A stretch of DNA of 64,000 nt. Origin: a virus. The stretch lies in the IMG/VR virus record IMGVR_UViG_3300027956_000006, one strand, 5' to 3'. The notes below the pieces were generated by a model, which had not been told where the DNA came from, did no database searches, and saw only the letters and a program-made list of their open reading frames with translations. Below, piece after piece: positions 20,153 to 30,939 of this stretch (within the stretch, counting starts at the first letter, position 1; each line of letters opens with the position of its first letter). The translations under genes were made by a program, and so were the position numbers.

Positions 20153-21097
20153 TTATCTTTCTTTTTCTAAATGTTGTTGTAATAGTTTTATACCAGTATC
20201 TAAATTTACTTTAAATTCATATTTATATGGTATTTCGGGTCTAAACCATGTATCTGCTAATCTAAAAAAATAGTTTTCTTTTGGTGCATTTTCTATATCC
20301 CAAGTTATATCTAGATTCTCTATACCACAGATCTCTGCTACAAATTGAACTAATGTCTCTATGGTGATTGGATTACAATAACCAAAATCAACTGTCTGAT
20401 TTTTAAATTCATGATTTGATACCATTAATATCCAATCAATTGTATCTTGTACATACATTGCATCTATTAAATTTTGTCCATTACCTATCAATGTTATTGT
20501 CTGCTTTTTATCAAAATAAAAATTCTTAATTAATTTGGTAGATATTTTATCTGCACGTTGATAAGGCCCATATGCACCAAAAAAACGAACATTTAAGTAT
20601 TCCTCGACTTCCCCATTTAACCTAAAGTATTCTAATAGTAGCTCGCTTGTGCGTTTTGCAATCGCATATGGTGTAAATGGATGTATATTTATTGTATTTG
20701 CAGCACTAACTATTCCTGCATTACCTTCATAAATACATCCACTTGAAAAATGAATCAATTTACTACATGTATGATATTTAAAAAATCCAATTAATGCCAA
20801 GGGATCTGACTTAAAATTTTGTAATGGTAACAAAGTACTATCCAACTTGCGCGTATCACCAATAAGTGAAATAACTAAATCAAAATGTTTTGGGACAAGA
20901 TTTAAATTTTCTGAACATGTATATGTTGCAAGATCTTGTTGTACAAGGATGGTGCAAGTATTTATTTTATGTGTTTTAAACCATTCTGGGAAATCTTTTG
21001 CTGTATTATAAAAAGCAAATACTTCCCAATTTTTATTGAGATTTAACATTAAATTACGACCAACAAAGCCAGAGGCACCCAAAATGGCTACACGCAT
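20153..21097 (-). CDS. NAD-dependent epimerase/dehydratase
   Basis: GASGFVG; YAIAK; RFFGAYGP. Confidence 0.88.
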   Translation of the reverse strand: MRVAILGASGFVGRNLMLNLNKNWEVFAFYNTAKDFPEWFKTHKINTCTILVQQDLATYTCSENLNLVPKHFDLVISLIGDTRKLDSTLLPLQNFKSDPLALIGFFKYHTCSKLIHFSSGCIYEGNAGIVSAANTINIHPFTPYAIAKRTSELLLEYFRLNGEVEEYLNVRFFGAYGPYQRADKISTKLIKNFYFDKKQTITLIGNGQNLIDAMYVQDTIDWILMVSNHEFKNQTVDFGYCNPITIETLVQFVAEICGIENLDITWDIENAPKENYFFRLADTWFRPEIPYKYEFKVNLDTGIKLLQQHLEKER

Positions 21098-22044
21098 TTT
21101 TCTTTCTCTTTTTTAATTAAAAATCCAATACTTTCATCAATAGGTATTAGAGTTGGATATTTTTGATTAATATTTGTTTCAATTCCAACAAGACAATCTA
21201 TATCACCAGGCCGTTCTTTTTCAAAAATAACATTACATTTAAAATCACCTATTTCAGCGATTAATTTTACTAAATCGATAATACGTATAGCTTGTCCTGA
21301 ACAAATTTGATAAATAATATTTTTATATTTATTTTTTACATCAAAATGATAATCTAAGATCATGAACAAACGTGTTAACATATCTTCGACGTAAATAAAA
21401 TCTCTTTTTTGTTCACCACTACCATTAATAATCACTGGCTTATTAGAATTAAACAATCTAATTGTTTTAGGAATAATACCTTGATATTCAAAATTTATTT
21501 GTCTATAACCAAAATTATTAAATGGGCGTATAATAACAGCGTCTAAATTAAATATATCAATCATTGTTTTAATTAAATTATCAGCAGCATTTTTACCAAC
21601 AGCATATGGTGTTGTTGGTGATTTTTTATTACGATCATCTAATGGAACAATAGATACATTACCATAAACTTCAGATGATGAAAAATGTACATATTTTTTA
21701 ATTATTTTATTTCTAGATAAAGAGCAGCATGTTTGTGCAATTTTTAATTCTTCAACACAACACCATTCAGGCATTACTAATGAATATAATAAACCAGCTG
21801 TAGCTAAATTAAACAATGTATCTATATCCTGATTGATTAAGTTAGCAGTAACTTTATCAATATCTTGTATATCTAAATGAATAAATTTAAAATTTTTATT
21901 TTTCATAGCATCTTGTAAATTCTTCATTGATCCAGAATAAAGGTTATCAATTACAATAACTCTATCTCCACGCTTAAGCAAAGCATCAACAAGATGACTC
22001 CCAATAAAACCAGCACCACCAACAACTACATGTTTAAGACTCAT
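21088..22044 (-). CDS. NAD-dependent epimerase/dehydratase
   Basis: GGAGFIGSH; SSSEVYG; YAVGK; RPFNNFG; RDFIYV. Confidence 0.9.
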   Translation of the reverse strand: MSLKHVVVGGAGFIGSHLVDALLKRGDRVIVIDNLYSGSMKNLQDAMKNKNFKFIHLDIQDIDKVTANLINQDIDTLFNLATAGLLYSLVMPEWCCVEELKIAQTCCSLSRNKIIKKYVHFSSSEVYGNVSIVPLDDRNKKSPTTPYAVGKNAADNLIKTMIDIFNLDAVIIRPFNNFGYRQINFEYQGIIPKTIRLFNSNKPVIINGSGEQKRDFIYVEDMLTRLFMILDYHFDVKNKYKNIIYQICSGQAIRIIDLVKLIAEIGDFKCNVIFEKERPGDIDCLVGIETNINQKYPTLIPIDESIGFLIKKEKEKCV

Positions 22045-22582
22045 TTTGTCTCCTGTGCATTATAACTATTCCATATCCATAAGGTAATTCTATCATATCC
22101 CATTGATTGGTGTTTCTAATTTCTTTAATTACTATTGGTATATCTGGCCACCAATGATTATTTGTATCATGAATTAAAATATAACCATTATTAGATAAAT
22201 ATTTTGACCATTGTTCAAAATCTCTTTTAAATTGTTCATAATGGTGATTGCCATCAATATAAAGCAAATCTATTGACCTATTTTTACCCCATATATTAAA
22301 CGCCTCATCTGATGTTCCAATATATGAACATAGAAAAGGATGATTAACCATACTTTTTTCTATATGTGGATTTGGGTCAATAGTATATAATAACGCTGGC
22401 TTATTTATTTCATCTAAAGCTTCTAAAAATGCTGATGTTGTATGAGATGTACCTGTACCAATCTCTACTATTATATTTGGTTTTAATCCTCTTGTCATAT
22501 TATAAAGAAGCAATAGAATACCCCCTTCTTCTGTAACTTGATTGCTGATATATTTAAAAATTCTATATGGATAATCGTTCAT
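22034..22582 (-). CDS. Methyltransf_24-type methyltransferase
   Basis: VEIGTG; LYIDGNHHY; ILIHD. Confidence 0.85.
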   Translation of the reverse strand: MNDYPYRIFKYISNQVTEEGGILLLLYNMTRGLKPNIIVEIGTGTSHTTSAFLEALDEINKPALLYTIDPNPHIEKSMVNHPFLCSYIGTSDEAFNIWGKNRSIDLLYIDGNHHYEQFKRDFEQWSKYLSNNGYILIHDTNNHWWPDIPIVIKEIRNTNQWDMIELPYGYGIVIMHRRQNES

Positions 22583-23063
22583 TTGATAATTCCTGTACTA
22601 ATAATGTACTAATACCATAATTATTACCTGCTAAAATATCAATATTTCTATCACCAATAAAAATAACTTCTTCTTTTGGTATTTTAAATGTATCTATAAT
22701 TATTCGTAAACCTTCTGGATGAGGTTTTTTATGAAACACAGAATCCCTAGAAACAATTATATCAAATTCTGATAATAAATTAAATTGTTTCAATACTGCT
22801 GTTATTGTATCTTTATAATTCATTGAAAATAAAGCTTTTTTACCCTTAAAGTGTCTTAATAAGTGAATGACACTAACTACGGGAATACTTTCGTTTACTC
22901 CTTCCAATTCAATTTTTCGTGCTTCTTCTTCTTGCCCTAAATTACGTAATTGTTTAACTTTTTCCCAATCACATCTCAAAGTAACTAGAGTACCATCAAG
23001 ATCCATGATTAGAAGTTTATACTTTTTTACAATAAGATTCGTCAGCTTTGAATTTTTCATCAT
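22563..23063 (-). CDS. HAD-family phosphatase
   Basis: DLDGTL; KPHP; IGDRNIDILAG. Confidence 0.9.
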   Translation of the reverse strand: MMKNSKLTNLIVKKYKLLIMDLDGTLVTLRCDWEKVKQLRNLGQEEEARKIELEGVNESIPVVSVIHLLRHFKGKKALFSMNYKDTITAVLKQFNLLSEFDIIVSRDSVFHKKPHPEGLRIIIDTFKIPKEEVIFIGDRNIDILAGNNYGISTLLVQELSNERLSI

Positions 23064-24081
23064 AAATTAAAACTGCTGGGCAATCAATATGTCTTATCCA
23101 ATAAACATTATCTTTAATTGCATTGTATTGTAACAAATTTGGTAATTTTTCATTATATGCAAGTTTAACATAATAATATGGCATATTAATACCTGCTGTA
23201 CTAAAAAATAAACTTGTTGTAAAAAATCTTCCTGCATTAATTTCTGTTGGATAAATAACACCATTACTATCTTCTTTTAAATCAACACAAAAAATACCAG
23301 TTGCATTTTTATCTATAGAAGTAATAGCTGTGGTAGCCACCTTATTAATATCATCTCTTGCTATGGTCCGAGCAACAGCTGGAGTTCCAGTAATTCTTGA
23401 TGGAGCTAGATATGGATAAATATATTCTAGACGTTCACGTGCTTGTGATACAATTAATTTACCTTTATTCCATAAAGATTGAAAAGCAAAATCTTTACCA
23501 TTTAAAAATTTTTGTGCTATAAATACCCAATCAACATCTCTTGCTTTCCAATATCCAAACCAATGGATAGCCATATCCAAACTTTCTACTTTAGTACTAC
23601 CACGACCTCCTGCGCCAGAAGAAGCACGCATCCAATATGGATACCCTAAAATTTTACCGACCCTTCGTATATCAATAATATTTTTAATAGTATAAGACTT
23701 AACAGAATGTATTCCATTTTTTTCCCAAATGTTAGCACTAATAAATTTATTTTGACAAATATCAATTGTTTTTTTATTAGGTAATAACATCATGGCATTA
23801 ATTTTTTTACGATTTTCAGATAAAGTACGCACTTCAATATCAGGTTGAGCATGAATAAATTCTATCTTTTCTTTTTTGATAATATCATTAAGAAATTTAA
23901 TGTAATTAGGGTGTGTCGCTTCATAGGGAGCTACATATGCTTTATCTAAATCTGGCCATTCTAAATGCCATTTATTCATATCTGTACCAACTAAATACAT
24001 TGGTTCATCAACTAAACGTAAAGAATTAATAAAATTAACTGCTGGCGCCCCACCAGCACCCGTAATTAATATCCGTTTCAT
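23017..24081 (-). CDS. ATP-grasp ligase (carbamoyl-phosphate-synthase-like)
   Basis: ILITGAGG; GAGGRGS; TEINAGRF. Confidence 0.85.
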   Translation of the reverse strand: MKRILITGAGGAPAVNFINSLRLVDEPMYLVGTDMNKWHLEWPDLDKAYVAPYEATHPNYIKFLNDIIKKEKIEFIHAQPDIEVRTLSENRKKINAMMLLPNKKTIDICQNKFISANIWEKNGIHSVKSYTIKNIIDIRRVGKILGYPYWMRASSGAGGRGSTKVESLDMAIHWFGYWKARDVDWVFIAQKFLNGKDFAFQSLWNKGKLIVSQARERLEYIYPYLAPSRITGTPAVARTIARDDINKVATTAITSIDKNATGIFCVDLKEDSNGVIYPTEINAGRFFTTSLFFSTAGINMPYYYVKLAYNEKLPNLLQYNAIKDNVYWIRHIDCPAVLIYDEKFKADESYCKKV

Positions 24082-24110
24082 TCCTTTTTTCTCCTTTTAT
24101 CTTAAAATTA

Positions 24111-25058
24111 TCAATCTTCATTACTAATGCGCATAAAATCAATTTTTTCTTGAGCAGTGTTCATATCGTACATATCTTGTATAGTAAAATCTTTCCATTC
24201 TTTTTCCATATCCTCATTAGGCATTCGGATATCTTTATATACTAAATTTCCTTGCCAATCCCCCTTCGCCATTGCAACAGGATTAATAAAACCTTCTTTA
24301 ATATTTTTAAAAATATATTTTCCCGTATCACCATTTTTAGCGTATTTAATTTGTTTAAAAAATAATTGTATCATAAAACGTCTAAAATTTTTACGATAAA
24401 ATAAACCAGGATATACAAAAGAATGATTACCTCTCCAATAACCTTTTTGATCTTCTGCTTCAGGGAAAGTTACTACTAATTCACCATTTTCTTTTAAAAC
24501 TCTTTTAATTTCCATACATGCATGCATAGGATCACTTAAGTGTTCTACTGTTTCTGTAAAAAAAACAATATCAAAAACATTATCGGGAAAGGGGAATCTA
24601 TCACGCGAAACATCCATATATAATAATGTACAATATTCATACCTTTTTTCATCATAATATAATTTCTGTGCCGCTAAACCAGCGTCAAGTCCTATAATTT
24701 TATTACCAAATCTTGATAAATATACCATTAAATCACCCCGCCCAGCGCCAACATCTAAAATTATTTTATTAGAAGGGGTTTTATAAAAGCCATCAGTAAT
24801 AATAGTTGCTTGCATACCAATACCTGCCTGGTCAAAATTTTCCCAATAAGGATCATATGTATATTTTAGTCTTGGTACCCAATACTTACGTAATTCACCA
24901 TATAATTCACCATGTTCATTTTCAAATCCCCAACGTTCAAATTCATTGTGCCATGGATATTCTGGTAAATTTCTACATTTAGCTATTTCAGATTTAGATA
25001 ATGTTGTTAATGTATCATCTTTGTTTTCATTTTTATCCATTTTACCCCCTAATATCAA
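24111..25058 (-). CDS. Methyltransf_11-type methyltransferase
   Basis: LDVGAGRG; FPFPDNVFD; EIKRVLKENG. Confidence 0.88.
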   Translation of the reverse strand: MILGGKMDKNENKDDTLTTLSKSEIAKCRNLPEYPWHNEFERWGFENEHGELYGELRKYWVPRLKYTYDPYWENFDQAGIGMQATIITDGFYKTPSNKIILDVGAGRGDLMVYLSRFGNKIIGLDAGLAAQKLYYDEKRYEYCTLLYMDVSRDRFPFPDNVFDIVFFTETVEHLSDPMHACMEIKRVLKENGELVVTFPEAEDQKGYWRGNHSFVYPGLFYRKNFRRFMIQLFFKQIKYAKNGDTGKYIFKNIKEGFINPVAMAKGDWQGNLVYKDIRMPNEDMEKEWKDFTIQDMYDMNTAQEKIDFMRISNED

Positions 25059-26035
25059 AATTTAAAATCAGTTTTAATAATCTCAGCTTTTTTTAACATC
25101 ATATGGGCTCTATCAAGATATGTATGTTTAGAACGCACTTCTATAAAAGCATTACGTCTTATACGCTCAACAAGGTCTTTGTTTCTTCTACAAAGCATAA
25201 TTTTATCATACAAGTCATTTACATTTAGTGCGGTTCGCCCATCATCTAATTTATCTGTTTTAACAGATAAGTAATGAACACCTTCAGTAAATAATTGTTC
25301 CATTAAAAAGAATTTATCGCTTAACACAATACACCCCATAGACATCGCTTCAAAAACACGCCATTTAATATATTCTTGACCATTAGAGCATGCATAAGTA
25401 GTTAAAGACTTATTATGTATAATAGCATATTCATCAATTCCTACATTACCAAATTTAATACGTAACCCCTTATCTTGCAACGCATTACATATACGAGGTC
25501 TTGGGTCATACATCATTGCTAATAAAGCGAAATCAAATTCCCTCTCATAATCAAATAATGGATGTATAGCGGGTAAACAAGCACCAGGTAACCATGTAAA
25601 ACCTTGATATATTGCTTTTCTTGGTTCTGCATGAACTCCAAATGGTTGCCCTGTAAAAGCTGCGGTTGGTTTAAACTCTTCGATACGTTTTAAATTAGCT
25701 TCCCACCCCTCATGTTCAATTAATAAAAAAGGTATTCTGTTTTCTGTTTTTTCTATTTTAAAATCCCACCAATCATTTAATATTAATACATCAGGAGTAA
25801 AACCATTTTTCACTGCAGTATCTACAACATTAGTTAAATCAATTGGGTCATGTTTAGGAACATCCATAATAACTTTTGGTAAATCTTTTTCTTGCCATGT
25901 TATCCCATAATGATTTGTAACAACAGTACCAGCCAATTTAACATTACATCCAATATATCTGAATCCTTCAGCCAACCACCTTTGTATATTAGCTGGATAC
26001 CATTCAGCTAAAAATAAAATATTTAATTTTTTCAT
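25055..26035 (-). CDS. CgeB-like (Glyco_trans_1_2) glycosyltransferase
   Basis: RVFEAMSMG; HTYLDRA. Confidence 0.82.
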   Translation of the reverse strand: MKKLNILFLAEWYPANIQRWLAEGFRYIGCNVKLAGTVVTNHYGITWQEKDLPKVIMDVPKHDPIDLTNVVDTAVKNGFTPDVLILNDWWDFKIEKTENRIPFLLIEHEGWEANLKRIEEFKPTAAFTGQPFGVHAEPRKAIYQGFTWLPGACLPAIHPLFDYEREFDFALLAMMYDPRPRICNALQDKGLRIKFGNVGIDEYAIIHNKSLTTYACSNGQEYIKWRVFEAMSMGCIVLSDKFFLMEQLFTEGVHYLSVKTDKLDDGRTALNVNDLYDKIMLCRRNKDLVERIRRNAFIEVRSKHTYLDRAHMMLKKAEIIKTDFKF

Positions 26036-27054
26036 ATTTTATCCCTAATAATATCAATAAAATATGCTGCTTGTGCAAAATTAGTATGGTATTTGAAAGT
26101 ATGCTGTCTACATGCTTCTGCTATTTGTTTACGTTCTTGTTCATGTGATAAATAATAATCTATTTTTTCACGTAAATCATAAATATCATTAAAATAAACA
26201 CAATGCACTTTATCAATATATGGATTAGGAATTATAATCCCTGGATCTTTAATTAACATTAATGTCTCAAAAGATGCTGCTTCCCAATACCGTACTGTAT
26301 CTCTACCATGTCCACGGACAATTATATTTATTTTAGCTGATGCCATAGTTTTTAAGTAATCAATATACCCCTTTAATGGAGGAATATGGAATCTCTTTTC
26401 ATCTTGCCATGGTAATGCACCAGTATCAATTCCAATATATGAATTGTTTAAATTCTGCTCTAAAAGAAACTTGATCACTCTTTCACGCAACGGATGTGTA
26501 TTACCAAATAAAGCAAAAACATCAAGTGTTTTATCTAGCTTGCATAAATCCTCATAAATATCTAAATGTGGAACACATGCAGAAAATGGTAATGGATAAA
26601 TATTATCAATTTGACGTATCAATTCACGTTTAAATATAAATTGTGGTTTATATTCTTCTATAATATCGGTACAGATATTATCACCATCTTCAAAATCACA
26701 AAATGCTAATGGTTTAGGTGATTTACCGCCATATAATTTCTTAATAAATTCCATTGCGTGTAACGGATAATGACGTGGCGATGTTAGAACTATCAAATCT
26801 ATATGTTGCATTTCTTCTACTATTTCTTCAAATGGATATAAACGTATTTTACGTGATTTAACATATGCAGCTGGTGCTGTCATACCTCTTTTATTTTCGT
26901 TATGCAACATATACGACATATCCATAAATCCCATATAACTTAATTTAAATGGGTATAATATAATATTATCTTCACCTAATAATTCACACAGACCATTATA
27001 TAAGAAATATTCACCATAATCTTGCTCTGGATTCAAAAGAAATAAAATTTTCAT
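26032..27054 (-). CDS. CgeB-like glycosyltransferase
   Basis: GHGRDTVRYWEA; KIDYYLSHEQERKQIA; YHT. Confidence 0.82.
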   Translation of the reverse strand: MKILFLLNPEQDYGEYFLYNGLCELLGEDNIILYPFKLSYMGFMDMSYMLHNENKRGMTAPAAYVKSRKIRLYPFEEIVEEMQHIDLIVLTSPRHYPLHAMEFIKKLYGGKSPKPLAFCDFEDGDNICTDIIEEYKPQFIFKRELIRQIDNIYPLPFSACVPHLDIYEDLCKLDKTLDVFALFGNTHPLRERVIKFLLEQNLNNSYIGIDTGALPWQDEKRFHIPPLKGYIDYLKTMASAKINIIVRGHGRDTVRYWEAASFETLMLIKDPGIIIPNPYIDKVHCVYFNDIYDLREKIDYYLSHEQERKQIAEACRQHTFKYHTNFAQAAYFIDIIRDKI

Positions 27055-27665
27055 ATTCGTCTCCCTACATAATTTAAAGAAAAAAAGTTATGCAAATCAT
27101 TAAAAACTTCTGTTTTTATAAGATCGGTATTTAATTTAATTATATTTTGTTCAAAATCTTCTGGTGTATAAAAATTCTTATGTGTAGGGTCCCATTTACC
27201 TTTTTCATATCTAGCATCGGGCATTAATAATATCATAATACCATCCTTACACAATAACTTACACCATTGTCTAAAAACTATAATTGGATTACAAACATGT
27301 TCCAAAATATGGCTCATTACAATAAAAGAAAATGTGTTTTTGTTAAATAATTTATAACTTTGTTCAGCTAAACCTGTTATTTGTGGTGAATATCTACCAC
27401 CATATATAGGGTGTTGTTCACCACAATAATCATTTACACCAATACAAGCTAAATGAGGGTCCTGTCCACACCCAATATCTAACCCAACACCATAATGTTC
27501 ACGTAATTGTTTTAAAATCCAATATAAAATAAACGCTTCTTGCTGCATACCAACAAGATTGTCTATCAAAGAAAAATCAAGTCTGTGCGGTTGCTTGCAA
27601 TTAAAATATTCAAAATTTGGAAAAAATTCTAATAGATCATCTCTGACATGTATATCAAGATTCAT
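27051..27665 (-). CDS. Class I SAM methyltransferase
   Basis: GLDIGCG; SHILEH; LLMPD; DPTH. Confidence 0.85.
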   Translation of the reverse strand: MNLDIHVRDDLLEFFPNFEYFNCKQPHRLDFSLIDNLVGMQQEAFILYWILKQLREHYGVGLDIGCGQDPHLACIGVNDYCGEQHPIYGGRYSPQITGLAEQSYKLFNKNTFSFIVMSHILEHVCNPIIVFRQWCKLLCKDGIMILLMPDARYEKGKWDPTHKNFYTPEDFEQNIIKLNTDLIKTEVFNDLHNFFSLNYVGRRI

Positions 27666-27668
27666 ATT

Positions 27669-28601
27669 TTATATCTCACAAATACATTCTTTTAAATTTT
27701 TATCTAGATATTTCATCTGAAGCTTAGGTAATATATCAACTAATCTATGATGCACCTCAACTTGTGGAATATCGTAATAATCTTTACATCCCCACTTTTT
27801 TGCAAAATAAACTCGTGAATAATCCATACGATATACTTTACCTGGTATTGGTTCTATTCTAGACATATCATATTTCTTGCTCATAATTTCACGATATTCT
27901 TCCATTGAACAAATTTTATCATCCGGGGACATAATATTTAATTCAAAATTATTAGCAAATGTTTGTGAACCCCAATGCTCAATTGGTGGATAAGGAAGCA
28001 TCACTGAATAATATCCTAATTTAGCAATCTGAAATCCATAATCAGTTTCCTCGTAAAAACTCTTAATATTTTCATCAAACCCACCAATTTCATCAAAAAT
28101 TTTACGTTTAAAAGCAAAACAACATCCAACAACCGCTCCTACGCGGCCAGGTAAAGTATCATAATTAGGTAAACTATAATTTTTATTTGGTAGACCAGAT
28201 AAAGGATCTATTTGTATTAATGGATACCCAACTGCGGCAACTTTTTCATTATTTTGTAATGCATAAACTATACATTTCAACCAATTATCATTACAAATAC
28301 ATATATCATCATTAAATAAAATAGATATATCAGTATCGAAATGTCTCGTTAAATCATTCCATGATTTAGGAATACCACAATTATTTGTATGTTGAATAAA
28401 ATCAACTTTAAAGCGTTTTGCTAATTCTTCTACACCCAAACGCATTTCTTGATTAGGTGTGCCATCATCTAAAATAACTGTTCGATATGAATAATTAAAG
28501 TCTTGATGAAAATATAATGAGGTTAATAGTCTTTCTAATCTTACTGTAGAATTATATGTAGGTGCACCAATTCCAATCTTAATATTATTCTCCATTTTCA
28601 T
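27669..28601 (-). CDS. GT2 glycosyltransferase
   Basis: PTYN, LDDGT, FNDD, IGGFDE...YEETD. Confidence 0.9.
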   Translation of the reverse strand: MKMENNIKIGIGAPTYNSTVRLERLLTSLYFHQDFNYSYRTVILDDGTPNQEMRLGVEELAKRFKVDFIQHTNNCGIPKSWNDLTRHFDTDISILFNDDICICNDNWLKCIVYALQNNEKVAAVGYPLIQIDPLSGLPNKNYSLPNYDTLPGRVGAVVGCCFAFKRKIFDEIGGFDENIKSFYEETDYGFQIAKLGYYSVMLPYPPIEHWGSQTFANNFELNIMSPDDKICSMEEYREIMSKKYDMSRIEPIPGKVYRMDYSRVYFAKKWGCKDYYDIPQVEVHHRLVDILPKLQMKYLDKNLKECICEI

Positions 28602-28604
28602 CCT

Positions 28605-30899
28605 TTATTTTGCATACAAATCTAAATGTTTTTGAGCTATTTTACCCCAATTATTTAATTCTATATATCGATTTGCTGCAGTAACTAATGTATGTTGTAG
28701 AGAAACATCACCAAATACCTTAAGAATTGTTTTTGCTATTACTTCTGGATTTATAGAATTAAACTTTAAAACTTCATTATTTAAATCTAAAAATGCTAAT
28801 GAATCATTAACAATAATCGGGCGTTGTGTTCTAAATAATGTTTTCACAGCTGCAGAAATACCACCACCAGTCGGAGCATCATGATAATTTAAAACAAATA
28901 AATCAGCACATTGTAAAACAGCAAGCAATTTATCCTCTGGTAAATATTCTCTAATTAATAAAACATTATTTTGTAGATCATGTCTTTCAATAAAATTGAA
29001 GAATGATGCATCATATGCTTGGCTACCAAATTCATGTTTAGGGCAAATTAATAACGCTAAAACATCATTATACTGCTCTTTTAATAATTTAACCGCTAAT
29101 AAATAATCATGAAAACCTTTTTGATCTCTTAAAAAACCAAATGATCCAATAATTGGTGTATTATGGCTTATATTAAGATTCTTTTTAGTTAGATCTACAT
29201 TCTCCTGTTTTAAAATTGCTAAATCACTTACTCCCATAGCAATAACATCTATATCGCAAATATTAGGTAAAAACCCTTTTGTTTCAGAAGAACGTTCTAC
29301 TAATTTATCTTTAAATTGTTGACAATGTACAATTAAATTATCAGCGCGTGATAATAATAACTCATTATATGAAGATAATCCTGGGACTAAACTATGTAAA
29401 GTAATAACAACTTTAACATTTAAAGTATGTAGTTGATCTAATAAAATTCTTAATTGTTCTTTATCTTTAAAAAATGAAAATTCATGTTGTATATGAATTA
29501 CATTATAATTACCTTCTTTTATTATTTTAGGTAATTCTTGATACTCATATGATGAGTATACTACAACATGTTGCCCTAATTTACGTATTGCATCAAATAG
29601 ATATTTTGTATATTCTGCAATACCACAATGAGTTCCCCAACTAGGTATGACAATTAAAGGATTAATTTCTTTAATTTTAACATGTTCTTTAATAAAATTA
29701 AAGTTCTTTTTTGTCATTACTTTATTTATCCTTTGCATTAAAGCAGAACTTGTCTCATCCCAAGTTAATTGATCTGTGAATTTTTGCGATTTTGTACTAA
29801 TTTCTTTCCGTAAAGTATGCTGATTCTTGAAATCATTGTATAAAACATTTAATTTCTCTACTAAATCACTCTGCGATGCTATCGCTCTTTTAATACCATT
29901 AAATCCATATAGATATCCTGATGTTTTTAATAAAAACCCGCCACCTTGATTAATTAATTCTGTTGTAGCGGCATAATCAGTAGTTAAAACAGGTGTTCCA
30001 ACAGCCATAGCTTCTAAGGTAGGCAATGATAAACCTTCACCTATGCTTGTATTAACACTTGCAGAAGCCAAATTATATATTAAATTCAGTTGTTGATCTG
30101 ACATTCCTTTTAAAGGGCCCGCTTCTTTAGTAATAGCAACTTTTTTTCTTAAATCAAAATATTTTACAAAATCCCATAAATCAAAACCAAAAGGATCTGC
30201 TGGATCAGTTACAAGTAATAAAAATACATCATCTTTATCAATAGCAAAATCTTTAAAAGCCTCTATCGTTAAAGGTATATTTTTTCTATCAGTATTTTGA
30301 TTAATATTTAGTACTAAAAATGTATCTTTTAAATTAAATGGAAGTGTATTCTCTTTTATAATTGGAGCTGAAGGGAAAAAAATAGTTTTATCAACTCCTG
30401 GATAAATAACATTTGTTTGAATATCGGCATACTTATATATTTCCTGTTTTGCAAAGTATGAAAATACATTAATATCATCTGCTGAATTTAATATAGAATG
30501 CCAACTAGGGTGTAAATGCTCCCCATCAACAGTAAGCCATAAAACCCATTTAGTATTTGGAAAAGATTCCTTATGTACATTTATAACATGTTGTATATGT
30601 TCAAAATTCCAAAGATCTCCTATAGAAAGAATTATATCAGGCTGTGCATCAGCTAAAATATGAGAGAATTGTTCCGCTTCTTTACTAGAAGATTTTTCTA
30701 AAGGGTATAAAAAATAAGGTAAATCGTGTTTAGTATTACGATAATGCCATGCAGCATATACTACATCATATATTTTTATATTATTATTCGTTTTGGCATC
30801 AAATGTAGTATATTCAACTAAACGTTTTGCTATTTCCTTACCACAACGAGCTAATCCTGAATATAACAATGGCGAGTCAGTGTGTAGCAGTATTTTCAT
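28605..30899 (-). CDS. Tandem GT4 (two GT-B units) glycosyltransferase
   Basis: RKNIP, EGLSLPTLEAMAVGTP; CGIAEYT, HIQHEF, FGFLRDQKG. Confidence 0.9.
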   Translation of the reverse strand: MKILLHTDSPLLYSGLARCGKEIAKRLVEYTTFDAKTNNNIKIYDVVYAAWHYRNTKHDLPYFLYPLEKSSSKEAEQFSHILADAQPDIILSIGDLWNFEHIQHVINVHKESFPNTKWVLWLTVDGEHLHPSWHSILNSADDINVFSYFAKQEIYKYADIQTNVIYPGVDKTIFFPSAPIIKENTLPFNLKDTFLVLNINQNTDRKNIPLTIEAFKDFAIDKDDVFLLLVTDPADPFGFDLWDFVKYFDLRKKVAITKEAGPLKGMSDQQLNLIYNLASASVNTSIGEGLSLPTLEAMAVGTPVLTTDYAATTELINQGGGFLLKTSGYLYGFNGIKRAIASQSDLVEKLNVLYNDFKNQHTLRKEISTKSQKFTDQLTWDETSSALMQRINKVMTKKNFNFIKEHVKIKEINPLIVIPSWGTHCGIAEYTKYLFDAIRKLGQHVVVYSSYEYQELPKIIKEGNYNVIHIQHEFSFFKDKEQLRILLDQLHTLNVKVVITLHSLVPGLSSYNELLLSRADNLIVHCQQFKDKLVERSSETKGFLPNICDIDVIAMGVSDLAILKQENVDLTKKNLNISHNTPIIGSFGFLRDQKGFHDYLLAVKLLKEQYNDVLALLICPKHEFGSQAYDASFFNFIERHDLQNNVLLIREYLPEDKLLAVLQCADLFVLNYHDAPTGGGISAAVKTLFRTQRPIIVNDSLAFLDLNNEVLKFNSINPEVIAKTILKVFGDVSLQHTLVTAANRYIELNNWGKIAQKHLDLYAK

Positions 30900-30939
30900 A
30901 TCCCATATCCTTTCTATTAATCAATCAAAAAATAACTAT

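Noticed and set aside
5874-30899. Host O-antigen/capsule locus or DNA hypermodification cluster
   Set aside because: No Wzx/Wzy/ABC/priming GT and no base hydroxymethylase seen; the cluster is flanked by capsid and fibre-like genes. Disfavoured rather than excluded.
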